Shown: positions 26,972 through 36,226 of the stretch, in pieces
Layout of the letters: the number at the start of each line of letters is the position of its first letter
Position numbering within the stretch: the first letter of the stretch is position 1
NCBI GenBank assembly: GCA_002840565.1
Contig: PHBK01000015.1
Coordinates: 12,108-76,107 of the forward strand
Direction: 5' to 3'
From: Deltaproteobacteria bacterium HGW-Deltaproteobacteria-12
GTDB lineage: Bacteria > Desulfobacterota > Syntrophia > Syntrophales > Smithellaceae
Length of the DNA: 64,000 nucleotides
Notes under the pieces: generated by a model
The model's database searches: none
Seen by the model: the letters and a program-made list of their open reading frames with translations, nothing else
What the model was told of the DNA's origin: nothing
Position numbers and translations under genes: made by a program

Positions 26972-29851
26972 TTAAATCTCCATTTCCATTGACGCAGACT
27001 GCGCAGGCAATTTCTCTTTCATCTCAATAATCAATTCGTTCTTTTGATTTATTTCCCAACCAGATTCGCGAGCAGCTTTAGATAAAGAACGCTCAATATT
27101 GATAGTATCTTTTTCAATTATACTTTCAGTATTGAGCGCTATATTTTTTTCATTGTGATCGAAAGTTGAACTTTTTTCCTGTTCAATTTTTGATCTTTCG
27201 ATGTATTGATTTTTGTCATCGACATAGAGTTGAAGATCATCTGTTGATCTGGAACCAGCCACATAAAATTCATTTCGATTTGTTCGTTCATACGATCCAT
27301 TGATGATAACATTGTGCCGACTCTCGCCCTGACTTTTATAAACTGTGACGGCCCAGCCGCGATCAAAATATTTGTTATTTTCCGGATCGAGAATTACTTT
27401 TTTATTGCCTTCGAGAGTTGCCTGTATTCTACCGTGATCATCAAAAGAATTTATTGTACCGGCATAGCCGTTTTTTACTTCGGTAAAACTTTTTCCATCA
27501 GCGCTTAAAACTTTATCTCTTTTGTTCAAAATAATTTGTTCACCTTCGGCAAAGGATAAAGTTTTTTCCTGATAAACAGAAATTCTGTCTCCGTATAATC
27601 TTGGGTCAACCGGAATTATTTTTTCTGTATTTGCCGGAGAGGGATTTCTTTTATTTTCAATCTGGCAGTAAAGAATATTTTTACTGGAATCAATCTGAAT
27701 AATTTTTGCTTCGGTTCCAGAATTCATTTGCGGTAAAGGCTTCGATGCAAAGATATAATCGTTCACTTTGTAATTATAGGCAAAACGCTTATGGGAATCG
27801 GTCATATTTATTGGTTCGCGGACTGTCATTGTTTGTTCATTTTTTAAAATCCCCTGGGTGACCTTTTCCTGATGAATCATTTCATTTAATTCATTACGGT
27901 CAGCGTTAATACTTGTCAGAATAATTGTATTATCTTTTGTGCAGGCGGAGTTTTTTATTGCTTCGAGGCGTTCTGTTCGATCTTTTATTTCGTAAAGTTT
28001 TCCTGCCTGTTCGATTATTTCCACTGCTTTGGGTATATCCTGATTAGCGGCATGCTGAAATATCTCCCTGGCGTAAACTGTTTTTGCCCGGATATTTTCA
28101 TCCAGGTGGACAATTTTTATTCCGCTTCTGTCCTGAAGTTCATTAAAAGGTTTACCTGCAGAAAGACTCATCAACTGGAAACGATCTCCGACCAGGTCAA
28201 TTTGCAGATTATCTCTTTTTGCAATTTTTAGAATACTGAGAGTTTCTCGGCTTCCGATCATTGAACTTTCATCAATAATCAATTTCATCCGTGCTGTTTT
28301 GGGGTTTGTTGATTTGTCACTATATTGGAGCAGGAATTTATCTATGGTCATTGCCGTATCAACACACTCTGCGAGTTTGGCAGTTGCTTTTCCTGTTTTG
28401 GCTATTCCGATAATGTTTACATTTTTTTCTTTGCATGCTTCATTTATAGCTTTGATTGCGGTTGTCTTGCCTGTTCCGGCATCACCCTGCACAATAAGAT
28501 TGCTGTTGCCGCCAATGGAAGCATAAAAATACTCTTTTTGACCGGCAGTAAGATCAATCTTATTTTTTCGTTCATAACACTCCAGATACTTTTCCGCTTC
28601 CGGCAGAGACATTACTTTTTTAAATTTTTGGTCTGATGTTTGGAAAATATCCTGGATGTTGTTCTCGATAGCGATCATTTCTTTACTGCTATAAATTTGC
28701 TTTTGAAAATCTAGGCATTGAATCGTCCCGACTTTAAGCAGCTCATTAAAAGCCTGCTTTGCATTTCTATCCCGCATTGTTCCCATACCGAGGTAAAGAC
28801 CTTCACGCAGGGCATCCGTTCTTGTAAAACAGCTTTCCTTTACCGTGAGATCAGCAACAGCCATGGAGACACAATCTATTGCTGATAATCTATTAGTGGA
28901 TAAAATATCATGGCCAGTTCGTTCAATATTTTGTTTGATGGTTTCCAGCGATATGCCAATTTCTACGTGCTGGGCATGCCAGGAATCTTTTAATTCTTCC
29001 TGGGAAATGGAACTATCTTTCGCCGGTCGGCTCTCTAGTGTGGCGATGTTGTTTATTTGATGATCATTGGCATAGGGTAGAGTTCCGGCATCTTTCAGTG
29101 CTTGCTCTGTTTCTTTGATATGCTGATGTCGTTTGGAAAACTGATCTAAAATCTCTTGAGTATAACCGGCAATTTCAAATTTACCGTTGCCATGGTTGAC
29201 AATGCCATAACCAAGTTGCTTCAAACCATAAGCTTCTTCGCTTTTATAGATGGCATCAAGATAACGTTGATCAGCAATTATCCTGGAATTGTCCAGTGCA
29301 CGATAACCATTGCCGTCATTGCGTTCCACAATGTTCAGGATAATATTATGGTCGTGCGATTGTGGATCATTCTCCCGGCTGGTGGAGTGCTGGAATCTGG
29401 CAATTAATCCGCCGTTGATGGCTTTAACGGATTTTGTGATGCCGTCAGTTGTTTCCCGGTAATATATCCGATCCTGTAATTCGTTTATAAAACCTTCGTA
29501 TGCTTTATCCCGGATATCATCAATTCTGCGATCATCGAGTACAAGCCTTGCATGGCTGACGCTTTTTGGATCAGACAAGACAAGATCAAGGCCAGCTCTG
29601 TGTTCAGTTCGCTTTGTTTCCTGATCGGCATATGTAGTTTTTATTATTTGCTCGTCAGCTAAATTTTTACCTGCGCAAAGAGATTGAAAATCCTTGGATA
29701 TTATCTTATCGCCTTCCTTCAGACCTAGCGATTCACAAAGGCATCCATGCCAGGAAGTATTTTGCTGTTGACCATCAGCATTCAGGATGGGATCGCGTTC
29801 GTAATAGTATTTGCTTGCGCCTTTTGCTGTAATGTTTTTTGCCCCGGCCAT
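26972..29851 (-). CDS. MobF-family conjugative relaxase (TrwC-like) fused to a RecD-like helicase
   Basis: 959 aa. N-terminal AKGASKYYYERD, the histidine triad region SRENDPQSHDHNIILN, the P-loop GDAGTGKTTAIKAI, and C-terminal VTVYKSQGES. Confidence 0.85.
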   Translation of the reverse strand: MAGAKNITAKGASKYYYERDPILNADGQQQNTSWHGCLCESLGLKEGDKIISKDFQSLCAGKNLADEQIIKTTYADQETKRTEHRAGLDLVLSDPKSVSHARLVLDDRRIDDIRDKAYEGFINELQDRIYYRETTDGITKSVKAINGGLIARFQHSTSRENDPQSHDHNIILNIVERNDGNGYRALDNSRIIADQRYLDAIYKSEEAYGLKQLGYGIVNHGNGKFEIAGYTQEILDQFSKRHQHIKETEQALKDAGTLPYANDHQINNIATLESRPAKDSSISQEELKDSWHAQHVEIGISLETIKQNIERTGHDILSTNRLSAIDCVSMAVADLTVKESCFTRTDALREGLYLGMGTMRDRNAKQAFNELLKVGTIQCLDFQKQIYSSKEMIAIENNIQDIFQTSDQKFKKVMSLPEAEKYLECYERKNKIDLTAGQKEYFYASIGGNSNLIVQGDAGTGKTTAIKAINEACKEKNVNIIGIAKTGKATAKLAECVDTAMTIDKFLLQYSDKSTNPKTARMKLIIDESSMIGSRETLSILKIAKRDNLQIDLVGDRFQLMSLSAGKPFNELQDRSGIKIVHLDENIRAKTVYAREIFQHAANQDIPKAVEIIEQAGKLYEIKDRTERLEAIKNSACTKDNTIILTSINADRNELNEMIHQEKVTQGILKNEQTMTVREPINMTDSHKRFAYNYKVNDYIFASKPLPQMNSGTEAKIIQIDSSKNILYCQIENKRNPSPANTEKIIPVDPRLYGDRISVYQEKTLSFAEGEQIILNKRDKVLSADGKSFTEVKNGYAGTINSFDDHGRIQATLEGNKKVILDPENNKYFDRGWAVTVYKSQGESRHNVIINGSYERTNRNEFYVAGSRSTDDLQLYVDDKNQYIERSKIEQEKSSTFDHNEKNIALNTESIIEKDTINIERSLSKAARESGWEINQKNELIIEMKEKLPAQSASMEMEI

Positions 29852-29865
29852 GATTTATCCTTAAA

Positions 29866-30645
29866 TTAGTCCTGATAGCATTTGATGCAAACCAAACCAT
29901 TGTTTTTATGCATCATATTTTCTTTTGGGAACGGTTTCCCGCAACTTGAGCAGATAGCTTCATCCTTCAATGATTCAGCAACGGCAAAACCATCAGGAAT
30001 TTCCAACTCTCCATGGAGAGCTTTTTTTGCAAGATGGTGTTTCAGGCCATGAGAATTTTTTATGGTAACCCCACTGCCGGTGTAATATTTAATTACCCGT
30101 CCGGCAATTTTATCGGCTTCTTCTTTGTTTTCTGATTTCGGGAAATACAAAACACCACAACTACAGTTGTTTGTTGTAGTCTCTGTTGTATTCTCTGTAA
30201 TAGAAGAAGAGGTCAAGTTGGCCTCTTGCATGAGGTCAAATTGACCTCTTGCATTTTTCGATTTGGGAAAATCGAGAGCTTGCAGCTTTTCATAATTAAT
30301 CGTGTACCACTTGATACGATTCAGGGCAGAGTTATTATAATTTTCAGAGATTAAAATCTCATCCTTTTCCATATTTACAAAAATGCGTTGGACTGTCTTT
30401 TTAGAAAAAAACGGGAATATTTGTTGCCATTTTTCGTATGAGTTATATGTCCAAACCCGTTCATCGCGAATATTACGCCCGGCATGGTAATTTAACCCCA
30501 AGAAATAATGAATCTGCTGCAAGACAATTGCCGGTTCAAGCCCAACTTTAATTGCCAGAGATGGCAGAACAATTAACGGTGGCTCGTCCAGTAGCAACGG
30601 CGATGAAGTAGAGAAAATATTTTTAATGTCATTGTTGTTTTGCAT
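29866..30645 (-). CDS. Winged-helix (HTH_36/DnaD-like) putative replication or primosome-loading protein with a C-terminal zinc ribbon
   Basis: 259 aa. VWTYNSYEKWQQIFPFFSKKTVQRIFVNMEKDEILIS...IKWYTINYEKL, with C-terminal CSSCGKPF...CIKC. Confidence 0.4.
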   Translation of the reverse strand: MQNNNDIKNIFSTSSPLLLDEPPLIVLPSLAIKVGLEPAIVLQQIHYFLGLNYHAGRNIRDERVWTYNSYEKWQQIFPFFSKKTVQRIFVNMEKDEILISENYNNSALNRIKWYTINYEKLQALDFPKSKNARGQFDLMQEANLTSSSITENTTETTTNNCSCGVLYFPKSENKEEADKIAGRVIKYYTGSGVTIKNSHGLKHHLAKKALHGELEIPDGFAVAESLKDEAICSSCGKPFPKENMMHKNNGLVCIKCYQD

Positions 30646-30653
30646 ACAAATGC

Positions 30654-30857
30654 CTATTCGCCCGCAATCACATTTTTTTGTTTACTATGCAGCCACAGCC
30701 TGACGTCACTCTCCGAAAATCTAATATATTTTCCGATTTTCAGATAAGGGATCGAATTGTCTTCTTTTTTTCTTGTATGTGAATATATCCAAGAGACGGT
30801 TATGTTTAATTTTCTGGCTAATTGATCTGCTGTAAGTAAATCTGTAATTTCATTCAT
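30654..30857 (-). CDS. AlpA/excisionase-family HTH regulator
   Basis: 67 aa. LLTADQLARKLNITVSWIYSHTRK...PYLKIGKYIRFSESDVRLWL. Confidence 0.75.
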   Translation of the reverse strand: MNEITDLLTADQLARKLNITVSWIYSHTRKKEDNSIPYLKIGKYIRFSESDVRLWLHSKQKNVIAGE

Positions 30858-30947
30858 GGAAGCTCCTTTATATTTTTTAATGTTAAATAAATCCTATATA
30901 TTTTGTTAATTTTATGGTACGTTACCGTCTAACAATGGCACCTATTA

Positions 30948-30963
30948 TAGACATATTAGTCTA
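30948..30963. promoter_or_regulatory. Candidate operator in the divergent alpA / XRE intergenic region
   Basis: TAGAC-N6-GTCTA inverted repeat, read directly, 35 nt upstream of the XRE start. Confidence 0.25.
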
Positions 30964-30998
30964 TTTGTCAAGCTATTTTATTCTACGGAGATTACTTT

Positions 30999-31421
30999 AT
31001 GGAAACGCCGGGCCAAAGATTAAGAATGATTAGAACTTCCTTGGGCCTTACCCAGAAAGCACTGGGAGTGAGGCTAGGACTGTCTTGGTACCAAGTTAAA
31101 AACATGGAGCTGGGGACAGTTAAGGTTTCATCACCAATGGCTAAATTAGTCTATTACGAGACTGGTTATAATGCCGATTGGTTATTGACTGGCGAGGGCG
31201 AAATGAAATGTCCCTCCGGGCGTAAGGACAATGTTGTTAATCTCGATATAATCGAAAAAACGTTAGATAAAGTTATGGATAGGACAGGCATCTACGTTGA
31301 TGGAGATGAGAAACAATTAATCTTAAATATTATAAAAAAAGAGTTGCAAAAAGATTTGTCCAAAGCCGAGGAAAAAGCAGAAGCCAAAATATTAGATTTT
31401 CTTAAAATTGTCAGGAAATAG
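30999..31421 (+). CDS. XRE-family (Cro/CI-like) transcriptional regulator
   Basis: 140 aa. GQRLRMIRTSLGLTQKALGVRLGLSWYQVKNMELG HTH, followed by NADWLLTGEG. Confidence 0.85.
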   Translation: METPGQRLRMIRTSLGLTQKALGVRLGLSWYQVKNMELGTVKVSSPMAKLVYYETGYNADWLLTGEGEMKCPSGRKDNVVNLDIIEKTLDKVMDRTGIYVDGDEKQLILNIIKKELQKDLSKAEEKAEAKILDFLKIVRK

Positions 31422-31422
31422 T

Positions 31423-31734
31423 ATGGACACGAACCAGCTTGAAAAGAAAATAGAAGAAGTGGCCAAACCTATACTATTGCAAGATAGACGAGATAGAATA
31501 ATAAAAAATTTTCATCTAATAATTTTCAAATTTATTATCATCTGCGCGACTGTTGCCGTAGTGATGTCGTTCGCCTATGCCAGAATCACACATAAAATCT
31601 CAACAGAGTTAGCCGATATTGTTTTGATGTTTTTATTTTCTATGTGTTTTTTATATGCTCTGGTGCTAAAAGTACCAAAAGTGAAAAAATGGTTTTCTAA
31701 GGAGATTTTCAAGGGAAGCGATGACTTGAAATAG
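31423..31734 (+). CDS. Small membrane protein, unknown function
   Basis: About 103 aa from ATG 31423 (the track uses TTG 31408), with two hydrophobic segments. It starts immediately after the XRE stop. Confidence 0.4.
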   Translation: MDTNQLEKKIEEVAKPILLQDRRDRIIKNFHLIIFKFIIICATVAVVMSFAYARITHKISTELADIVLMFLFSMCFLYALVLKVPKVKKWFSKEIFKGSDDLK

Positions 31735-31912
31735 ACTTTTTTCAAATCGTTTCGGGCAATGATAACGGGTTGAAAAGTGCACATTATTTATCTTGATTTC
31801 TTCAGGTTAGCATAGCATGGACAACTTCCTGTACTAGTGTTTTGGGAATTTTCCGTCAGAATATACAATTTCAAACGTAAAGCATCAATTCGTATAGACC
31901 CTCAACATTTAA

Positions 31913-32695
31913 TCAAGGTATCAACCAGGAAAAGCCCACGTTAATTTGTGTGTTCGTGTTTCCTCCTTTGGTGCTAATGCCGCCATATACATCCAGCTGT
32001 ATCTTCTTGGTAAGCAGATATGCTAAGCCACCATCCACATAAAAATCATTACTAGTCGGATTAAAGTAACCGTAGTTTTCAACAAAACAGCTTAGTTTGT
32101 CGGTCAGTCGCAAGCCCAGGTTTACAGCATAGAAGGTGGTGGGTTGGTTGGAGTCACCATCCCATTCCAGACCCATATTATAGCCCAAAGACAACGCATC
32201 TGATAAGGAATTCTGGAAGAGCAGGTATACAGAGGGTGCTACATTATTCACACGGTAATCGGCCAATCCGGTTTTTGGCAGCGTGAAATTTGCCATCAGA
32301 GATGTTTGGGGAATAAATCCTTTCTCTTGTAACAGAGCAATTTTGGTACCCAGAGTGATCGGGCTGAAACCGGTAACAGAAGTAGTTCCGTCAGAATTTT
32401 CTACTTCTGTCTTTTTATAATCGGTTGACACGCGGATTTCGGCAAAAGACAGCAAACCAAAGCGAAACAGGCTCTGGTTATAGGAATAAACCTTGGTCGT
32501 TGTTCCGTCAGAATGCGAACGGTCATAAAGAAAACCGGTTTCAAGCTGAAAATGATTCTTAGTAACAAGCGATGGCGGGGTTCCAACACCGGGCCGATCG
32601 GGCGAAATAGGATGTTCCACGGTCGTCTGCGAAAAGGAGTTGTAAGTAATTGAACTTAAAAATATTATGACGAATAATCCGAATATTTTCTTCAT
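31913..32695 (-). CDS. Outer-membrane beta-barrel protein (MetA-pathway/phenol-degradation-like transporter family)
   Basis: Signal peptide MKKIFGLFVIIFLSSITYNSFSQ, DRPGVGT..., alternating beta-strand pattern, and a C-terminal aromatic residue (GFSWLIP). Confidence 0.6.
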   Translation of the reverse strand: MKKIFGLFVIIFLSSITYNSFSQTTVEHPISPDRPGVGTPPSLVTKNHFQLETGFLYDRSHSDGTTTKVYSYNQSLFRFGLLSFAEIRVSTDYKKTEVENSDGTTSVTGFSPITLGTKIALLQEKGFIPQTSLMANFTLPKTGLADYRVNNVAPSVYLLFQNSLSDALSLGYNMGLEWDGDSNQPTTFYAVNLGLRLTDKLSCFVENYGYFNPTSNDFYVDGGLAYLLTKKIQLDVYGGISTKGGNTNTQINVGFSWLIP

Positions 32696-33000
32696 GTATT
32701 TTCTCTTGGTTGGAAATAATAAAGTGGGCAATTTGTTTGTCTTAATTGAATTTCTCTACGAAGCCCTGATAAAACTGCAGTGAAATACATGTAAGCATAA
32801 GAATACATTTTTCGGGTTAAGGTAGTGTTTTCCAATTGACCAGCCCCTAATATGTGCCACGGGTTCAATTACAGTTTTGCAATTATTTAGACATTACCGA
32901 TTGCCGTGTAGCATAGAATAATTGATGTGACAAAGAGTAATTATCGCAAGATATAAACGCCATAGCTTCCCGAAAAATCGGACCACGGAATATGCAACTT

Positions 33001-33160
33001 TCAACCCATAATTCTTAGAATATCATCTTACTAAAGTTACTTAGTTGTAGGTGCAAACGGCAGGCACTCCTTTCTGTTATCCACAAAATGTCAATCTCTG
33101 TGAGTATACTTTCTTGCAATCCGAAATAAACACCGTTTATATACAGCAAACATCAACCCC
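33001..33160 (+). repeat. Dispersed repeat R1 (short 'A' form)
   Basis: The core AGGTGCAAACGGCAGGCACTCCTTTCTGTTATCCACAAAATGTCA (33049-33095) is about 41/46 identical to R4. The flanks also match R4 (TCAACCC.AAATT upstream; GAAATAAACAC and AAACATCA downstream). Confidence 0.7.
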
Positions 33161-33289
33161 ACATTAACATCTTACAATATCGTCGTTACAGTGGCGGCAA
33201 TCAGGTATTTTTCGGCGTGAACGGCGATTGACTGGATGGCCGATTTTGGACGACTTGACTTAGAATGGGCGATAGTGTATTTGAAAATC

Positions 33290-33661
33290 ATGTTTTCCAG
33301 ATTACTCAGAAATTACGTGACATTTTTAATTCTTCTTCTCTACCTTTGCATCCCTATGCTCGACAGGATGGTATGTGCCGACTGCGTAAGTGAAGCATCT
33401 CAGGGGCAAAAAACTATAAGCCATCTGATGATTTCAAGCGTTGATGCTAGTTATTTTCCAAAAAAGACGCAATCAAATTCAAACGGCGAGCAGAGTCATA
33501 AATCCTTTTGTTCGATTTGTGCAAATGTTCTCATGAGCACCGAAGTCTTTTCTTCAAACATCCAGATTATCGTAGCCAACTACAATAAACTTCAAGAAGC
33601 ATCCGCCGTCTCCGAACTTCATTATTCCATCGATAAACCACCTCAGAATTTCCTCGTATAA
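33290..33661 (+). CDS. Small membrane-anchored Cys-containing protein upstream of the RND operon (unknown function)
   Basis: MFSRLLRNYVTFLILLLYLCIPMLDRMVCADC ... FCSICANV. One TM segment plus CxxC-type pairs. Both the start and the coding status are uncertain. Confidence 0.35.
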   Translation: MFSRLLRNYVTFLILLLYLCIPMLDRMVCADCVSEASQGQKTISHLMISSVDASYFPKKTQSNSNGEQSHKSFCSICANVLMSTEVFSSNIQIIVANYNKLQEASAVSELHYSIDKPPQNFLV

Positions 33662-33755
33662 GCCATTTCTTTGCAGAGCTATTTCAACGGATTTCTAACA
33701 AAATCAAGCTGATATACCTGCACCTGATTTCATAATTTTTATACGAGGTGAATTA

Positions 33756-34985
33756 ATGCGACGTTTTATTGTTACGCTTTTTTTAATGATTTTTCTTGTT
33801 GCCCCAGCTCATTCAATGACGGTTGAAGAGGCAGTGCAGCAAGCTCTTAAGCATAACCCCGACTTCCAAACACTGAGACTTGAAGAAGGTTCTGCCAGCG
33901 GCCAGCTGGAAAAAGCAAGGCTCCTGTTTATCAGCAATCCGACAGTCGAGGGTAATATCTCAAAAAAGGAAAGATCTCAGGGGGAAGTTGGTGATGCCTT
34001 CACAAACTATGGATTCAAGCTCTCCCAGGAATTCGAGGTTGCCGGTCAGAGAGGCTCAAGAATTGCTGTGGCAGAAAATGAGCTTGCCCGCGTGCAGGCC
34101 GGTATCAAGGACAAAGAACGGGTTTTGATTGCGGAGGTGAAAGATGCATTTACCAAAGTGCTTGCTTTTAAAAAGAAAAGCGGGCTGGCACGGGAGATCG
34201 TTCACCTGAAAGAAGAGCTGCTCGGCTATACAAAGATAAAGTTTCAGGCGGGCGATATTTCCGGCCTTGATGTGAACCTCGCCGAAGTTGAGTTGAGCAA
34301 GGCAAAGAGAGAACTTCTCCTGACGGAGAGAGAATATCGGGAATCGCTTTTTACCTTGCAGGGATTCCTTGGACTATCACCGGACAGGTCTTTCGCCCTT
34401 CAGGGCGATTTGCCTTCAGAAGCACCAGCTTTGCCTGATAGAGCGGCCCTTCAGGAAGCAGCCTTTTCCATGAGGCCGGACGCCAAGGCAACCGTATTTG
34501 AGGTGGAGAAAACCAAGGCCGCGCTAAAATTGGCAAGAAAGGAAGTTATTCCAAACATAACGATCTCCGGATTTTATGACCGCGACGAGCTGAGAAATGC
34601 CGTGGGGCTGGAGATATCCATCCCCTTTCCCTTCTTTGACAGGAAGCAGGCAGAAAAAAAAGAAGCTCATACAAAAGCTGAAGGGGCAAAGATAAAGTAC
34701 GACGGGCAGAAAAAAACGATAGAGCGCGAAGTCGAGCAAGCATACAGCGATTTAGCAACCGCCATTGAAGAACTAACTCTTTTCAAAAAAGAGATCATTG
34801 TAAAAGCCGCAGAGAATTTGAATCTCCTGAATCTGGCCTTCAAAGAAGGAAAGGTCGGTTTCTTCGAAGTACGGCTAGCTCAGAAGGATACGATTGAGGC
34901 TCAGTTTGCCTATATCGAAGCACAGACTCGAACACAGCTTGCGCTCAACGCACTGGAAAAGACCATAGGGGGAACATTGAAATGA
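33756..34985 (+). CDS. TolC-family outer membrane efflux protein (CzcC-like)
   Basis: 409 aa with a signal peptide and the two-repeat OEP architecture. First gene of a CBA operon; GAGG lies upstream. Confidence 0.85.
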   Translation: MRRFIVTLFLMIFLVAPAHSMTVEEAVQQALKHNPDFQTLRLEEGSASGQLEKARLLFISNPTVEGNISKKERSQGEVGDAFTNYGFKLSQEFEVAGQRGSRIAVAENELARVQAGIKDKERVLIAEVKDAFTKVLAFKKKSGLAREIVHLKEELLGYTKIKFQAGDISGLDVNLAEVELSKAKRELLLTEREYRESLFTLQGFLGLSPDRSFALQGDLPSEAPALPDRAALQEAAFSMRPDAKATVFEVEKTKAALKLARKEVIPNITISGFYDRDELRNAVGLEISIPFPFFDRKQAEKKEAHTKAEGAKIKYDGQKKTIEREVEQAYSDLATAIEELTLFKKEIIVKAAENLNLLNLAFKEGKVGFFEVRLAQKDTIEAQFAYIEAQTRTQLALNALEKTIGGTLK

Positions 34986-36226
34986 TAAAGCAAAATAAAA
35001 ATATAGCAAAGCAGGGGTTGCTTGTTGCAATCTTCCTTCTTCTGGGAATGGCTATTCTGACCGTGGGATGTGGAAAAAAGGAAGCGCCGGAAGAAGGTAA
35101 AGCGGCTGTGGTGGCGGAAAAAAAGGAATCAGGCCATGAAGGAAAAGATCACAAAGAAGAACAGGGCATTGTAACGTTGTCCCAGGAAATGCAGAAGTCT
35201 TCAGGAATAGAAATAAAACCGGTAGCCATGGAAGAAGCGGCGGTTCCCCTCACAGCTACGGCTGTCATCGAAATGAACATGGACAGAACCGCCAAGATCA
35301 GTCCGCGGGTAACAGGAAAGGCTGTAAAAATTCTCGTGTCTCAGGGTGACAGGGTGAAAGCCGGAGAGGCTCTTACCTATATCGACAGTGTAGAACTCGA
35401 TCAAATATGGAGCGATTATCGCAAGGCGCAGGGGAAAGTAGCGCTGGCACGAAGGAACCTTCAGCGCGAGGAGACTCTGTTTCAGAAGAAGATATCCCCC
35501 GAAAAAGATGTGTTGAAGTCCAGGCAGGAGTTGGAAGAGGCCGAGGCGGACATAAACTTTGCAAAGGAGCGTTTCCGGCTTGTTGGCGTCGATGTTGAGC
35601 AGTTTGCCGCAACCAAAGGCGACGGCAACCGTCCCCTTGTGCCGGTTGCATCTCCGGTTGGCGGGATCGTGATAGAAAAGACGGTTACCCAGGGTGAGGT
35701 TGTCAGTCCTGAAAAAACGCTCTTTATGGTGGCAGATCTCTCGACGCTCTGGGTTGTTATCGATGTCTATGAAAAAGACATGTCCCGCCTCAAGGTCGGT
35801 ACAGGCGTGAAGGTATCGGTCACAGCATTCCCTGACAAGGCATTCAAGGGAAAGATATCTTATATTGCCGATGTTGTGGATGTAAAGACAAGAACAGAAA
35901 AAACGCGGGTAACCATCGACAATACAAGCGGACTGCTTAAGCCCGGCATGTTTGCATCCGTCCTTATCGAAGCAAGAAACATTGGGGCCGAGCGGCTCAT
36001 CGCTGTTCCGGAAGAAGCCGTGCAGATCGAAGGCGCGGCGCGCTATGTCTTCGTTCGGGTCTCTCCCGACCAGTTTAAGAGAAGAGATATCGAAACAGGA
36101 AGGTCACTCGGGAAAAGCCTGGAGGTTACAGCAGGGCTCAAGGAGGGCGAGGCGGTCGCAGTCAAGGGCGCCTTCATCCTGAAATCCGAACTTAAAAAAG
36201 GTGAACTTGAGGGGGATGCACACTAA
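34982..36226 (+). CDS. RND efflux periplasmic adaptor (CzcB/HlyD family)
   Basis: 414 aa. Lipobox-like LTVGCG, barrel-sandwich and coiled-coil regions, and overlapping start/stop codons with both neighbours. Confidence 0.85.
   Translation: MIKQNKNIAKQGLLVAIFLLLGMAILTVGCGKKEAPEEGKAAVVAEKKESGHEGKDHKEEQGIVTLSQEMQKSSGIEIKPVAMEEAAVPLTATAVIEMNMDRTAKISPRVTGKAVKILVSQGDRVKAGEALTYIDSVELDQIWSDYRKAQGKVALARRNLQREETLFQKKISPEKDVLKSRQELEEAEADINFAKERFRLVGVDVEQFAATKGDGNRPLVPVASPVGGIVIEKTVTQGEVVSPEKTLFMVADLSTLWVVIDVYEKDMSRLKVGTGVKVSVTAFPDKAFKGKISYIADVVDVKTRTEKTRVTIDNTSGLLKPGMFASVLIEARNIGAERLIAVPEEAVQIEGAARYVFVRVSPDQFKRRDIETGRSLGKSLEVTAGLKEGEAVAVKGAFILKSELKKGELEGDAH

Larger units (their letters stand above)
24623..31800. 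mobile_element. Integrative mobilizable element inserted at the tRNA-Phe 3' end (right boundary not determined)
   Basis: The integrase stop codon lies 6 nt from the tRNA end. The set int, xis, MobF relaxase, rep-like, AlpA and XRE is all present, and the DNA is visibly more AT-rich than upstream. No T4SS or coupling protein genes were seen. Confidence 0.75.

Noticed and set aside
32855-32885. tRNA T-arm-like string GGGTTCAATTACAG as a possible attR of the tRNA-Phe element
   Set aside because: Only about 9 nt (GTTCAATT plus context) match the tRNA-Phe T arm (GACAGTTCAATTCTGTC). The stem bases differ and the acceptor/CCA part is absent. This is too short to call a direct repeat.
33077-33085. 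Perfect DnaA-box consensus TTATCCACA inside repeat R1
   Set aside because: It is a single box. The equivalent position in the other copies reads AAATCCACA or AAATCCGTA. There is no AT-rich unwinding element or box cluster, so it is probably a chance match within the repeat.
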